64,000 nucleotides of DNA from sequence record NC_070987.1; one strand, written 5' to 3'. Of this stretch, positions 49,879 through 58,907 are shown in pieces. The notes below the pieces were generated by a model. That model saw nothing but the letters and a program-made list of their open reading frames with translations. It was not told the DNA's origin and made no database searches. The translations under genes were made by a program, and so were the position numbers. The DNA is from Escherichia phage MN05. Within the stretch, counting starts at the first letter, position 1. Each line of letters begins with the position of its first letter.

Positions 49879-49954
49879 TGGTGCACCCTACAGGACTCGA
49901 ACCTGTAACCAACGACTTAGAAGGTCGCTGCTCTGTCCATTGAGCTAAGGGTGC
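49879..49954 (-). tRNA. tRNA-Arg (anticodon TCT), CCA encoded
   Basis: 76-nt cloverleaf folded by hand: 7-bp acceptor stem, D-arm GCTC/GAGC, anticodon loop CTTCTAA, T-arm ACAGG-TTCGAGT-CCTGT, 3' ACCA. Confidence 0.85.
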
Positions 49955-49963
49955 TAGATTTGT

Positions 49964-50173
49964 TTAACTAAAGATACGAATGGCTACATCATGACCGATA
50001 TGACCGGGAACTTTATGCTGTTCTATTTTCAAACAGTGTTTACAGATACGAGATACACGAGATTCTTTTCTCTCGACCGGAGTGTCTTTAGCGTGGGTGA
50101 TATGTAGGTTCTCAGTGATCACCCACTCGTGTTTACATCCAGAATCTTCGGGCTTTTTCTTACGAAAGAACAT
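49964..50173 (-). CDS. Small zinc-finger protein, family C (1 of 3)
   Basis: Track ORF trimmed to ATG 50173 with SD AAGGGG; CKHEW...CKHC. Confidence 0.4.
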   Translation of the reverse strand: MFFRKKKPEDSGCKHEWVITENLHITHAKDTPVERKESRVSRICKHCLKIEQHKVPGHIGHDVAIRIFS

Positions 50174-50181
50174 AACACCCC

Positions 50182-50346
50182 TTAGATCAGATCTGTTTTC
50201 TTGTGCAGACCACACACTTTACAGCGAGAGTAGATACGCAACCCTTGTCGCTCTCTGTCAGTAAGTTTATTTGTGATCGTCAGTTCATAAGTATGAAGAT
50301 CTTCCCACTCATGGAAATGAAAGAAGCGTTTGAACCATTTGATCAT
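50182..50346 (-). CDS. Small zinc-finger protein, family C (2 of 3; 54 aa, below the track cutoff)
   Basis: MIKWFKRFFHFHEW...CKVCG paralogous to 50356..50517. Confidence 0.4.
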   Translation of the reverse strand: MIKWFKRFFHFHEWEDLHTYELTITNKLTDRERQGLRIYSRCKVCGLHKKTDLI

Positions 50347-50355
50347 AATGATTCC

Positions 50356-50517
50356 TTAGATTACATCACGATGACTAACATCACCACACACCTTACACTG
50401 AATAACGTAACGTGTGCCCTTGTCATTATTCCCATCTGAATCTGTATAGACCAGAGGGCGAGTATTAATAATCTTCCAATCATGACAATGAAAGACACGC
50501 TTTAGCCACTTGAACAT
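50356..50517 (-). CDS. Small zinc-finger protein, family C (3 of 3)
   Basis: Track ORF 50356..50691 trimmed to MFKWLKRVFHCHDW...CKVCG with SD GAGG; the track N-terminus overlaps the neighbouring gene. Confidence 0.4.
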   Translation of the reverse strand: MFKWLKRVFHCHDWKIINTRPLVYTDSDGNNDKGTRYVIQCKVCGDVSHRDVI

Positions 50518-50524
50518 ATTAACC

Positions 50525-50776
50525 TCAAGCACAAGCAGGGAGAGTGATGATTTTATACTTGTCATCAAACTCTCCAAATAAACCCAAGAATATAGGACTG
50601 TAAGTACCAGTACAAACAAACTCATCAAACAATGCGTTATAGCTAGGCTTAATCTTCCAAGCCCATACATAACCCATCTTATCAATTGCAATGTAACGAG
50701 TGTTCAGAGGAACAGTCATCATTACACCGTCAACTTCGATCACTTTAGTTATTGGTGCAGCTTGAAAGTTTTTCAT
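50525..50776 (-). CDS. Hypothetical protein
   Basis: Track ORF. Confidence 0.4.
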   Translation of the reverse strand: MKNFQAAPITKVIEVDGVMMTVPLNTRYIAIDKMGYVWAWKIKPSYNALFDEFVCTGTYSPIFLGLFGEFDDKYKIITLPACA

Positions 50777-50997
50777 CCTACTCTCCTAACATTTAGGGTA
50801 GCTTGATAGTATTTGACAGGGCAAGTTCTATCAAATGTAAATCTTGTTTCAGGATTCTTTATACAGATAGCATGTCTGTGCATAACCTTCATGTATAAAG
50901 GAGGTTTTGTATCCCCGTCTATTTCTAGAGAGAATACATCACCATTACGTAGACTACCAAAAGTATTATCTTTAGGTTCAGAGTGGACGATAATCAT
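50773..50997 (-). CDS. Small protein, family A
   Basis: NGDVFSLEIDG...LYMKV. Confidence 0.45.
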   Translation of the reverse strand: MIIVHSEPKDNTFGSLRNGDVFSLEIDGDTKPPLYMKVMHRHAICIKNPETRFTFDRTCPVKYYQATLNVRRVG

Positions 50998-51170
50998 ACT
51001 TTACCTTTGATAAAAATATCATTACCACAAACACAGCATGAACGAACAACAGTAGCGCCACGCTGAACGATACGAACCTCTTCCTTAACCAGATTAATAC
51101 GAGCACCGCAGCAAGGAGAGTTAACATAAGAGTAACCAGCTTGTGTATTCTTGATTGTTTGCTTAGACAT
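50994..51170 (-). CDS. Cys-rich zinc-ribbon protein (58 aa, below the track cutoff)
   Basis: CC...CCVC clusters; stop overlaps the next start (ATGA). Confidence 0.35.
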   Translation of the reverse strand: MSKQTIKNTQAGYSYVNSPCCGARINLVKEEVRIVQRGATVVRSCCVCGNDIFIKGKV

Positions 51171-51519
51171 TTGATTCGAGATCTCTTAGTTGTTCAGCCA
51201 TTTGTTCGCATTCGTTGATGCAGAACACTTCTGTTCTTGGAACCCCGTTAGGGTTGAACCGTGTCTTATCACCTGCATGGGCACAATCAAATCCGATTGT
51301 ATCTAAACCACCCATCTCTTCAAGGGTGTCTTGCCATGTGACACCACCATGAACGTTCACATAACAAACAACCTTTTCCTCTCCGTTATATCCGGTGAAG
51401 TTTTTATGTTTCAAACTATCTGGTAACTCTACATACCCACATAAGTGGGAATTGTTCATGTGCATAATCACAGAACGAAGACCCGATTTAGTTTCCCAAC
51501 TTTTAACTATGCGTCTCAT
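51163..51519 (-). CDS. Hypothetical protein
   Basis: Track ORF. Confidence 0.45.
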   Translation of the reverse strand: MRRIVKSWETKSGLRSVIMHMNNSHLCGYVELPDSLKHKNFTGYNGEEKVVCYVNVHGGVTWQDTLEEMGGLDTIGFDCAHAGDKTRFNPNGVPRTEVFCINECEQMAEQLRDLESNV

Positions 51520-51596
51520 ATAAGCACCTCTTGTTAGTTTAAGTAAGAGTTGTCCCTTAATTAAAACAACAAAGGCCGCCCGAAGGCAGCCTCTCT

Positions 51597-51848
51597 TTAT
51601 TGACTCACACCACGAATCAGATGATTCTGTAGCGTCCCGTCTTCTGCATTATAAAGGAATGCGAACATCAATTCCTTAGCCACATCTCTTGAGCAATTAA
51701 GACACTTAGAGATTTGAGTTAGTTGAGCGTTGCGATCAGTGTGTTCCATCAAGGCAATGCGAATGATCTCTCGCATACCTATTACATGAACTGATTTAAC
51801 CGGCATAGGTCCAATTACCTTGCTTGTTACGAATGGCTGACATTGCAT
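51597..51848 (-). CDS. Hypothetical protein (start uncertain)
   Basis: Track ORF; several internal Met candidates. Confidence 0.35.
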   Translation of the reverse strand: MQCQPFVTSKVIGPMPVKSVHVIGMREIIRIALMEHTDRNAQLTQISKCLNCSRDVAKELMFAFLYNAEDGTLQNHLIRGVSQ

Positions 51849-52124
51849 GAACCCAGAAGCCTTCCAGTTTCAGAGCACCGTTAGCTACTGCATCCATACG
51901 TTCAGGGCGGTTCATACGTTTGGTTGATACTTTCATACCTATCTCTCTTTGTTGGTGGAGGCATTATTGCCAGTTGATATAGCGGATGACTCTTACAATA
52001 GAGCCACCTACTCTACAAACTGGTGAAGACTCCCTACCCCTAGGAAGTCTCCTGAATCCCAAACCAATACGTACCCCTACATATCGGAAAGTCTTTCGAA
52101 AATTAACAGGTTTTAGTCTAACAC

Positions 52125-52228
52125 CGGATGTTCGAGCAAGCTCTCCCTAGCGGTGTGGCATATGCCTGGTTAATAAGTTAATGAGGAACATCCTCACATA
52201 GCCCTCTGATAAACACAAGGGCTATAAG
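52125..52228. repeat. Conserved bipartite intergenic element, copy B
   Basis: CGGATGTTCGAGCAAGCTCTCCCTAGC and CTCACATAGCCCT...AGGGCTATAAG; matches copy A. Confidence 0.45.
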
Positions 52229-52234
52229 TCGATG

Positions 52235-52453
52235 TTACTTTTGAGTCAAACACAAATCAGGACGAGGCATAACAGTGGTTGACAGATTGAACACACCAAT
52301 ATATCCAGTTACCAAATTAGCTGCCTGACGCAAGCCATCAGGAGTCTTATCCTCTAGCATCAGCCAGAAGCATTTATCATAAGAGAAAACATCACCACCC
52401 TTAACGTCTTCTGCATTTGCATATTTAGGATAATCAACTACTTTAATTTCCAT
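52235..52453 (-). CDS. Small protein, family A
   Basis: GGDVFSYDKCFWLM...NLVTG. Confidence 0.5.
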   Translation of the reverse strand: MEIKVVDYPKYANAEDVKGGDVFSYDKCFWLMLEDKTPDGLRQAANLVTGYIGVFNLSTTVMPRPDLCLTQK

Positions 52454-52711
52454 TTACTTGCCTTTATTAGTAATTACTACATCAGGGACGAGGATAACTT
52501 TACTTTTTGATCTGAGCTTAATGACTTTTTTATTTGTCAGACTCAGGACAACACACCCACCATCAGAGGGTTTAACTTCCTTGATTTGTGGTGAAAACAA
52601 CTGAACAACCATGTAGAAATCTGCGCGGGTATCCCTGATTTGGAATACATCCCCGAGAACAAGATCACCCACTGTAAGATCTGGGTCTTTCATCTCAAGA
52701 TCAATCTTCAT
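52454..52711 (-). CDS. Small protein, family A
   Basis: LGDVFQIRD...FYMVV. Confidence 0.5.
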   Translation of the reverse strand: MKIDLEMKDPDLTVGDLVLGDVFQIRDTRADFYMVVQLFSPQIKEVKPSDGGCVVLSLTNKKVIKLRSKSKVILVPDVVITNKGK

Positions 52712-52958
52712 CTTTATCCTCTATGTTAGTTATGTGGAGATCATTGCGCACTTGGCAGACTTCGTTTTTGCTGATAACAATAAGCTCTCCAGAAACCACG
52801 TTAACGCAATTGACGTGATAATCAGTTGTTAATCCGGTTCTGATATAGAGGGAACCTTTAAAATGAAACAGGGCACCCGGCCTCATGTTATTTAAACGGA
52901 GTGTAGTATGATCAGGCTTAATATTAACTTTCACTGTTAATCTCCTGCTGCTTAGCAA
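52701..52958 (-). CDS. Small protein, family A
   Basis: PGALFHFKGSLYIRTG...NVVSG. Confidence 0.45.
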   Translation of the reverse strand: MLSSRRLTVKVNIKPDHTTLRLNNMRPGALFHFKGSLYIRTGLTTDYHVNCVNVVSGELIVISKNEVCQVRNDLHITNIEDKDED

Positions 52959-53220
52959 TAGCTACTCGCAAGTCTTCATTAGCACGAGCAAGACGTAATA
53001 CTTCATGGTTGAGACTCTGAAGACGCTTGTTTCTGTCTTCAACTTGCATAATAAGATCATTAAGAGTTGCTTTAACTTTCTCATTATACATCTCATCCAC
53101 TCGGACTAGAGATTTATACATTCTTTCCCAGCTTGCTGCTTTGTTTCTGAGAACAATAAATCCTATAACGCTGATAGTTAAACAGCTTACAAAAAGGAAT
53201 TTATATACTTCTAAAGTCAT
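52924..53220 (-). CDS. Membrane-anchored coiled-coil protein
   Basis: N-terminal transmembrane segment followed by coiled coil; downstream of the hydrolase gene. Confidence 0.4.
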   Translation of the reverse strand: MTLEVYKFLFVSCLTISVIGFIVLRNKAASWERMYKSLVRVDEMYNEKVKATLNDLIMQVEDRNKRLQSLNHEVLRLARANEDLRVAIAKQQEINSES

Positions 53221-53420
53221 ATCATTTTACCCTTTATCAGAGATTAAAAGTAATATTATTTAAGTAAGTTATATTTAGTAAACTTATTTTCTAAGAAATT
53301 TTCAAAGGGTCTATATACAGAGCATTACCCATAGTCCCAGAATACTACCATCTTTTTCAATAAATTTACTAAGTGGTTGGTTTATAAAGGAATTTAGTTT
53401 GTCAAATCTGGCACTAGTGA

Positions 53421-53810
53421 TTATTCCCTAGAGCTATTATCGAATACTAAATCACCACAATACATAGGATTGGCATACCATTTTGGCACCCCTTCGCTCT
53501 TACTCTGAAAGTAAGTCCCACTATACAGCGGAACATAATTCTTCTTAAGGGCACGTTTAGCCAGCCGCTCGCTTTCTCCAATGGCTTGCTTAGTCATCGG
53601 ATTTTTATCACGAATCAGCTTTACATAACGTTTATAAGGTTTCTCCTGTTTTAATAGTACCGGAATCCACTCAAACTGGTTCTTTTGTCTTATCACCTGT
53701 TCAGCGGTCAGTTTTCGTTGGGCCATTCTATTTATCACGGTATCCGCAACTAAAGCCTTACATGCGGTTGGCTGGTTCCCTGCCTCATAATAAATAGTCA
53801 ATGTCAACAT
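53421..53810 (-). CDS. SleB-like cell-wall hydrolase (candidate endolysin)
   Basis: YYEAGNQ...KALVADTVINR resembles the Hydrolase_2 catalytic motif; no SD seen at the start. Confidence 0.45.
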   Translation of the reverse strand: MLTLTIYYEAGNQPTACKALVADTVINRMAQRKLTAEQVIRQKNQFEWIPVLLKQEKPYKRYVKLIRDKNPMTKQAIGESERLAKRALKKNYVPLYSGTYFQSKSEGVPKWYANPMYCGDLVFDNSSRE

Positions 53811-53857
53811 TAGCTGGGCCGTTGTTATCAGAACTTGCTACCTCCTGTTTTACGGGC

Positions 53858-53885
53858 ATAAAAAAGCCCCAGCCGTAGCCGGGGC
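53858..53885 (-). terminator. Rho-independent terminator (minus strand), first of a tandem pair
   Basis: GCCCCGGC-TACG-GCTGGGGC hairpin (one mismatch) followed by TTTTTT on the minus strand. Confidence 0.55.
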
Positions 53886-53948
53886 AAACCTGAAAGCAAC
53901 GCATGACCGTTGCTATAAATACACTCGCAAATGCACTTACAGCAACGC

Positions 53949-53969
53949 AAAAAGCCGCTCAAAGGCGGC
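53949..53969 (-). terminator. Rho-independent terminator (minus strand), second of a tandem pair
   Basis: GCCGCC-TTTGA-GCGGC hairpin followed by TTTTT on the minus strand. Confidence 0.5.
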
Positions 53970-54027
53970 TATGTGGAAGCTTCAAATGGGGGAGAGGGCA
54001 CGACGCTACAGAAAGAGCGTCATAGTA

Positions 54028-54201
54028 CTAAAAAGAGAGGCTATTGGAGAGGTTACTTATTGCCTTCCTTAATGCCTTGTTTTCTTGTTTAACCAAATCG
54101 TTTTCTTCTTGCAAGGATGATACCAGATGAACCAGAACATCAACTACTGCATCACCTTGCCGCATCTCTCTGACTTTATTTAGAATCTCTGAATAAATCA
54201 T
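54028..54201 (-). CDS. Small coiled-coil protein (57 aa, below the track cutoff)
   Basis: ATGA overlap with the upstream stop; stop lies inside the repeated motif GCGTCATAGTACTAAAA. Confidence 0.35.
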   Translation of the reverse strand: MIYSEILNKVREMRQGDAVVDVLVHLVSSLQEENDLVKQENKALRKAISNLSNSLSF

Positions 54202-54641
54202 TTTACCCTCGCCTCTTTGATGGGGTCAATGTATTTCTCAACGCCCCACTTGTGTTTACTATCTGCGTAGAAAACATCAGGCGCACACTGACTTGTCTTA
54301 GGGAATGCTTGCGGGTCTTTCGTGCTACCCTTAAACTTCTGTTTACCACGGGTGCGACCATTACAGAAGATCTCTAACTTCTTCTCCTCTTCTGTTTTAG
54401 CTCCCCCGCTCTGTAACAAAGAACGTTTATGATCGGCTAACAATAACGCATCAGCACGATGAACGCGATGGCCTACACGTTTTGCCACACTGGAAGGAAT
54501 ATGGGATTCAGCCTCAGCCTTTGCAGCACGACGTTTTAAACTGCGCTTACTAACGTGATTGGTTGCCTTCGGCTTCTCTTTCTCCAGTTCAGAGATAGAA
54601 AAACAACGCCCGCCCTTCATGCTGATTTTAGATTTAGCCAC
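54198..54641 (-). CDS. Basic protein (possible nucleic-acid binding)
   Basis: Track ORF; Lys/Arg-rich. Confidence 0.45.
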   Translation of the reverse strand: MAKSKISMKGGRCFSISELEKEKPKATNHVSKRSLKRRAAKAEAESHIPSSVAKRVGHRVHRADALLLADHKRSLLQSGGAKTEEEKKLEIFCNGRTRGKQKFKGSTKDPQAFPKTSQCAPDVFYADSKHKWGVEKYIDPIKEARVK

Positions 54642-54710
54642 AATCTTATCCCTTTTAGTGATAAATTATATCGGGCAAGCCCATCAAGGCGACGGGCTTG
54701 AACAAATAAC

Positions 54711-54920
54711 TTAATCAAGTAAACCGAATGACTTCCAACTACGTAGCAGGATTGTACCATCATCCATAGTTACACATAATTTTAGTAGTGTTTTGTTGGT
54801 ACTACTCACCGTTGTAATTTGTCCGGTTGTACATTTACCTTTATTGCTATAAAGATATATAACACGACGGCCTAACAGTCTGGAAGGTGCTTTCTTAAAT
54901 TCTGAGATGTTAGTGATCAT
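54711..54920 (-). CDS. Hypothetical protein
   Basis: Track ORF. Confidence 0.4.
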   Translation of the reverse strand: MITNISEFKKAPSRLLGRRVIYLYSNKGKCTTGQITTVSSTNKTLLKLCVTMDDGTILLRSWKSFGLLD

Positions 54921-55141
54921 AATGCTTGATACCTTTGAATATGTTCGATACGGGTTGATTGAGCAAACGACGCTTTAACAGCCATTTTCCTAACTTCTTC
55001 TTTACGCTGGTTAGTGTGTACAGTATCCCAATGGTTGTTATCACGTTGGCGCTGTAATATCTTACTACACTTGCGATGGTTTCCCGTGCTGCGATGTTTC
55101 TCACAAATAGGACACTTGCCAAAATTATTACTGAATATCAT
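54917..55141 (-). CDS. Zinc-finger protein
   Basis: CPICEKH...HRKC; preferred over the overlapping frame 54910..55122. Confidence 0.4.
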   Translation of the reverse strand: MIFSNNFGKCPICEKHRSTGNHRKCSKILQRQRDNNHWDTVHTNQRKEEVRKMAVKASFAQSTRIEHIQRYQAL

Positions 55142-55356
55142 TTTCTCAATCCCAGCTTTCTTAAGATACGGCCTAACGTTGTTTCTTGCGTGATAATATA
55201 GCTGATCGCTTCACGTTCCAACGTTTCAATTTTCATTGGTGACGGACACCATTCACCAGTAAGCACACACTTACACTCAACGCCATACTTTTTAGATAGG
55301 CGGTAATGTTGACCGTTGACAAGATTTCTATAAACCGTCGTATGTGTAATTAACAT
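55138..55356 (-). CDS. Hypothetical protein (first gene after the promoter)
   Basis: Track ORF (GTG start) trimmed to ATG 55356 with SD AAGGTG. Confidence 0.4.
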   Translation of the reverse strand: MLITHTTVYRNLVNGQHYRLSKKYGVECKCVLTGEWCPSPMKIETLEREAISYIITQETTLGRILRKLGLRK

Positions 55357-55370
55357 GATCGTCACCTTTG

Positions 55371-55401
55371 ATTATATTCTTTGATTAATGCACTGAATCA
55401 A
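55371..55401 (-). promoter_or_regulatory. Sigma70-like promoter candidate with a tandem AATGCACTGA repeat
   Basis: On the minus strand TTGATT-N19-TATAAT, ending about 15 nt before the ATG; two direct AATGCACTGA copies overlap the -35 region. Confidence 0.3.
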
Positions 55402-55410
55402 TGCACTGAT

Positions 55411-55455
55411 AAAAGAAAAGGCGCTACCCATTAAGATAGCGCCTTATGTTTATTT
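55411..55455. terminator. Bidirectional rho-independent terminator
   Basis: GGCGCTA...TAGCGCC 7-bp stem flanked by A-run and T-run; lies just after the stop of 55468..56367. Confidence 0.5.
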
Positions 55456-55467
55456 AAATTGTCTTAC

Positions 55468-56367
55468 TTATGCTGCCTGACGTGCTGCCATAATCTCGGC
55501 TGCCTTACGCAATACTTCTTCTTCTTCTGCCGCCGCTTTCTCATTGGCCTTAATAGTAGTGGCAGTTTCGATACGTTGGCGCAGGTTATTCAGCTTGTCC
55601 TGCATCACACTGACCACTTTTTCCATTTCATCAGCGTATGAATCGAGTGATTCCAATTCCTTGCTTGATGCGTTCATCAGATAATCGTCTGAGATCGCTA
55701 CCGTTGAAGCCGTGACTTTCTTGATGAGTGAATCAAAGGACTTTTTAACCTTGCCGACTTCTTCACTTAAGGCAATAGTGTTGTCACTGGTAGCGCCGTT
55801 GCGCTCATCAGCCAACAATTTGGCTTCAATACGGATTGCATTCAAGCGTTCAACTAAAGCGTAAATATCCTGATTAAAATCTTCCTTGTTTTTCGCCGGG
55901 ATTTGAAGGTGGGCCGCCACGTTGTCATTGCAACCCTTGTAGAAGTTAGGGTTATCGACTTCAATTTCACGACCTAACGCGAAGTTTTCGAAAGCGTTTG
56001 ACCAGCGGGCACGATTCTGTTCCATTTTGGTTTTAATTTGCGCTTCTTTCGCATCTTCTTTCGCTTTCGCTTCACCTTCCAGATTAATCCACTTCTTACG
56101 ACCATTTGCCGCATCGGTGTTAAACTTGATAGGGGTTAAGAAAGTAATTGCAGTGGCAATCACATCCATATCGCGGAAACGTTCGGTTAACAGAAAATCA
56201 ACCGCCGACTGCAATACATCTAACTTCTTGCCGTTGCTACGGAAGTGCTGCAAGTGCCCTAACAGAAAATTAGATACATCTTGTTTGATCGCCGCGTTAT
56301 TGCTACGGATGTTGTTAGCCAGTGCGTTAAAACCAGATTCTTTTACCAGATTAAAAATTTTAGCCAT
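55468..56367 (-). CDS. Hypothetical early protein (300 aa, helical / coiled-coil)
   Basis: Track ORF (GTG start) trimmed to ATG 56367 with SD AAGGTG. Confidence 0.5.
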   Translation of the reverse strand: MAKIFNLVKESGFNALANNIRSNNAAIKQDVSNFLLGHLQHFRSNGKKLDVLQSAVDFLLTERFRDMDVIATAITFLTPIKFNTDAANGRKKWINLEGEAKAKEDAKEAQIKTKMEQNRARWSNAFENFALGREIEVDNPNFYKGCNDNVAAHLQIPAKNKEDFNQDIYALVERLNAIRIEAKLLADERNGATSDNTIALSEEVGKVKKSFDSLIKKVTASTVAISDDYLMNASSKELESLDSYADEMEKVVSVMQDKLNNLRQRIETATTIKANEKAAAEEEEVLRKAAEIMAARQAA

Positions 56368-57189
56368 GATATTCACCTTTCAATTGTAAGGGCACTATTG
56401 CCCCGCTCGCTATGAGCCTTTAAGTCGCCATTGACTTATCAATATCCACTCAATGTTAAGTAAATATTGATAAGCGGAGCGGTCTTATCAGGAGTTAACC
56501 TTGCCGCTCCCTTATCCGTGATGTTTCATCTGGTATCTTTAATTAGTCGCTATAAACAAAGCCGACCTGATAGCGATGATCAATCATCACAATAAGGCTA
56601 TGCGTCCGATTCTATTTAATTACATTGATGTAACCATCGGCAATATCGTTTACTTTGCTTTCGCTCCCGCCTATCCTTTTGTATTAGCTCTTTATCGCTA
56701 GTCATCGCCCACTACGGGATACTGTTGCGAAAAAGTCACTAACCGCCTAATATTCCGGCGTTTTATATCTTTCGGCAGGTTTACTACATAACCCGACTAT
56801 GTACTTCCGTCATAAGACGAATATCAAGCCGTTCACATCGTAAACGTTCGCATTAAACCTTATTGTTAAATAGCAATTTGCCACTGTTTAACCATTCCCC
56901 GCCGCTCTCAATTGAGCGTTAATTCGTCGGACTTGCCTACCCTGATTAGCTTCTCTCATTGTAGCACCTTGTTAGCGATGGCCGCCGCTACCCTTAACCG
57001 TGGGCGATTAGCTTAAACCGTTGCGTGTACTCAATGAATCCGCTTATCAGTGGTGACGTTTCCAGTTAAGGGAATGTAAAACTGTTTACCCTGATAATTT
57101 AGGGAGTTTTACGCCGTTTTATCTGGTATGCTTTCCGATGGTTATTATCTTCCAGCATATGCAACCGATATAGGGGAATGTTTAAATTG

Positions 57190-58234
57190 TTAAAGAGCGG
57201 TAAATCTATCAAACGTGCTTTCTCACGTTATGCAACTGTTAGCCGTTGTTACGCTTTTCACTGAAGCGGTGTTTTGCTTGAGTGTGCTCATTATGGACCA
57301 TGATGTTTTCGCCGTCAACCGCTTTTTTAATCTTTTTCGTCGTTCCCACTATTGGGAGGATATATCAACCAGCTTTGTTTGATTGAAGATCAAGCGATAA
57401 GGCTTAACTCATGATTCACATTGTTAAAGAGCGTTTAGCCTTTTATAGTGTCTGCTAATCACTGCATCATTAAAGGCTTACTTATTCATTAACGGGGCGC
57501 CTAATCCCGAACTGCCCGCTGCACTATGTGCCACCTTTCCCGCGATACGTTGATTTGGGAACTAGTTAACGTTGTTTTGTTAACTTGTGGTTAGTATGAA
57601 CTACCTTAACCACGTTTGCAACCTCTTTTTTATCATCTTCTTTTATTCTTTTCCCTTATCTCGCGTGACTCTATGCGAAAGGGCAAGATGATAAGTCTGA
57701 TTTGTCTTTTAGGAATCTAGTACGCTTTCAAGCATTAATCTTTTGAAAGTATCGAACAAATAAGGCTTATTGATATTGCTTATTGTCCGCCTGCGTCACG
57801 TATGAATCAGGAATCAATTCTACCGATTAACTGGGCGCCTTATAGTAATGACGTCGCCGCCACCCGTAAGACAAATCATATTTTTAAAGAGCGTGCGGCT
57901 CACATAACACCGCTTGATAGTCAGTTAACCTATGACTATTCAGGGGCATGGTATCCGTCTGCCTACGTCTGACTTGCTTCACTCACTAGGGAGTTACTTG
58001 AGCGGTCATCTTGTCTTTCTAAGCTCATTATAGGTTAGGCTTTCCAGTTGTCAAATACTTTTTCAAGTATTTTTTCACTTTCCAGCCTGATTTTTAAAGA
58101 GCGGGGCAAGTTTCCTTGCCTTGTATGTTTTACATCGTACCCGATGAAAACCAGTATACGCCATCTTTCACGGAGCGCAATAGGGCAAAGCAAAATATTT
58201 TAAACTTTTTCACTATAGGGAAGATAAAAGAGCG
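57190..58234. repeat. Dispersed direct repeats of TTAAAGAGCG (four exact copies and one degenerate) in an ORF-free region
   Basis: Copies at 57190, 57424, 57884 and 58094, plus AAAAGAGCG at 58226; each preceded by AT-rich ATT(G/T)T. Confidence 0.5.
57290..57318 (-). promoter_or_regulatory. Sigma70-like promoter candidate (minus strand)
   Basis: TTGACG-N17-CATAAT with an upstream A-tract; no ORF of 60 aa or more for about 900 nt downstream. Confidence 0.35.
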
Positions 58235-58655
58235 GGCGAACGTGTTACACCGTAGGAAAAGGCTCGTAAGGCAACAATAGGCGGCCTAAAACGCACCGTA
58301 GCGAGCTAAAAGGGAGTAGGGAATACAATCACCTTAGAAAAGAAAAAAGCCTCATGGCGAGGCTTTCAGGGAGGTTTTAAAGCATTAAGTAAATTATGGC
58401 CATAGGCATGACTACGGCACAATAAAGGAGAAAGATCAGTCCTATGGATTTAAACATTACCCACAGCCGATAGCAGAACACCTAACAGAAGAATGACCAG
58501 AAAGAAGCCTACAACCGTTTTAACGACGAATCTAATAAACCACATAGCAATAAACCTTCTTAATTAAAGGATGTAAGAATAAAGCATATCAGCGACGAAT
58601 AGCGCCACTGTAACAACGAACAAGCAACGCCAAAGATAATCACAAATCATTTTTA

Positions 58656-58907
58656 TCACCATTTTGGCAGATCACAATCCAGAAGACCAGCAAGCGACAA
58701 ATCACCGTCAACATATATCGAACGAAAATCATCGCGATTTATATCAATGCGCACCAATTGGAGCCATCTTTTGGCCTCGCTAAAACTCATGGAACAAAAG
58801 GCAACGGTAGGCAGTATTACGTCACCTTCTTTCAAGCCGAACGCAATAAAAGTATCACAAACAAAACAAGAAACACCGCTAGATAATTTGATCACTTTGT
58901 TACTCAT
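58656..58907 (-). CDS. Hypothetical protein
   Basis: Track ORF. Confidence 0.4.
   Translation of the reverse strand: MSNKVIKLSSGVSCFVCDTFIAFGLKEGDVILPTVAFCSMSFSEAKRWLQLVRIDINRDDFRSIYVDGDLSLAGLLDCDLPKW

Noticed and set aside
54910-55122. Track ORF overlapping 54917..55141 in another frame
   Set aside because: The 54917..55141 frame has a zinc-finger motif and ATGA-type coupling to both neighbours.
57190-58234. Possible CRISPR array suggested by the repeated TTAAAGAGCG
   Set aside because: The repeat is only about 10 nt, the spacing is irregular (132-460 bp) and there is no dyad symmetry; this is not a CRISPR repeat-spacer architecture.
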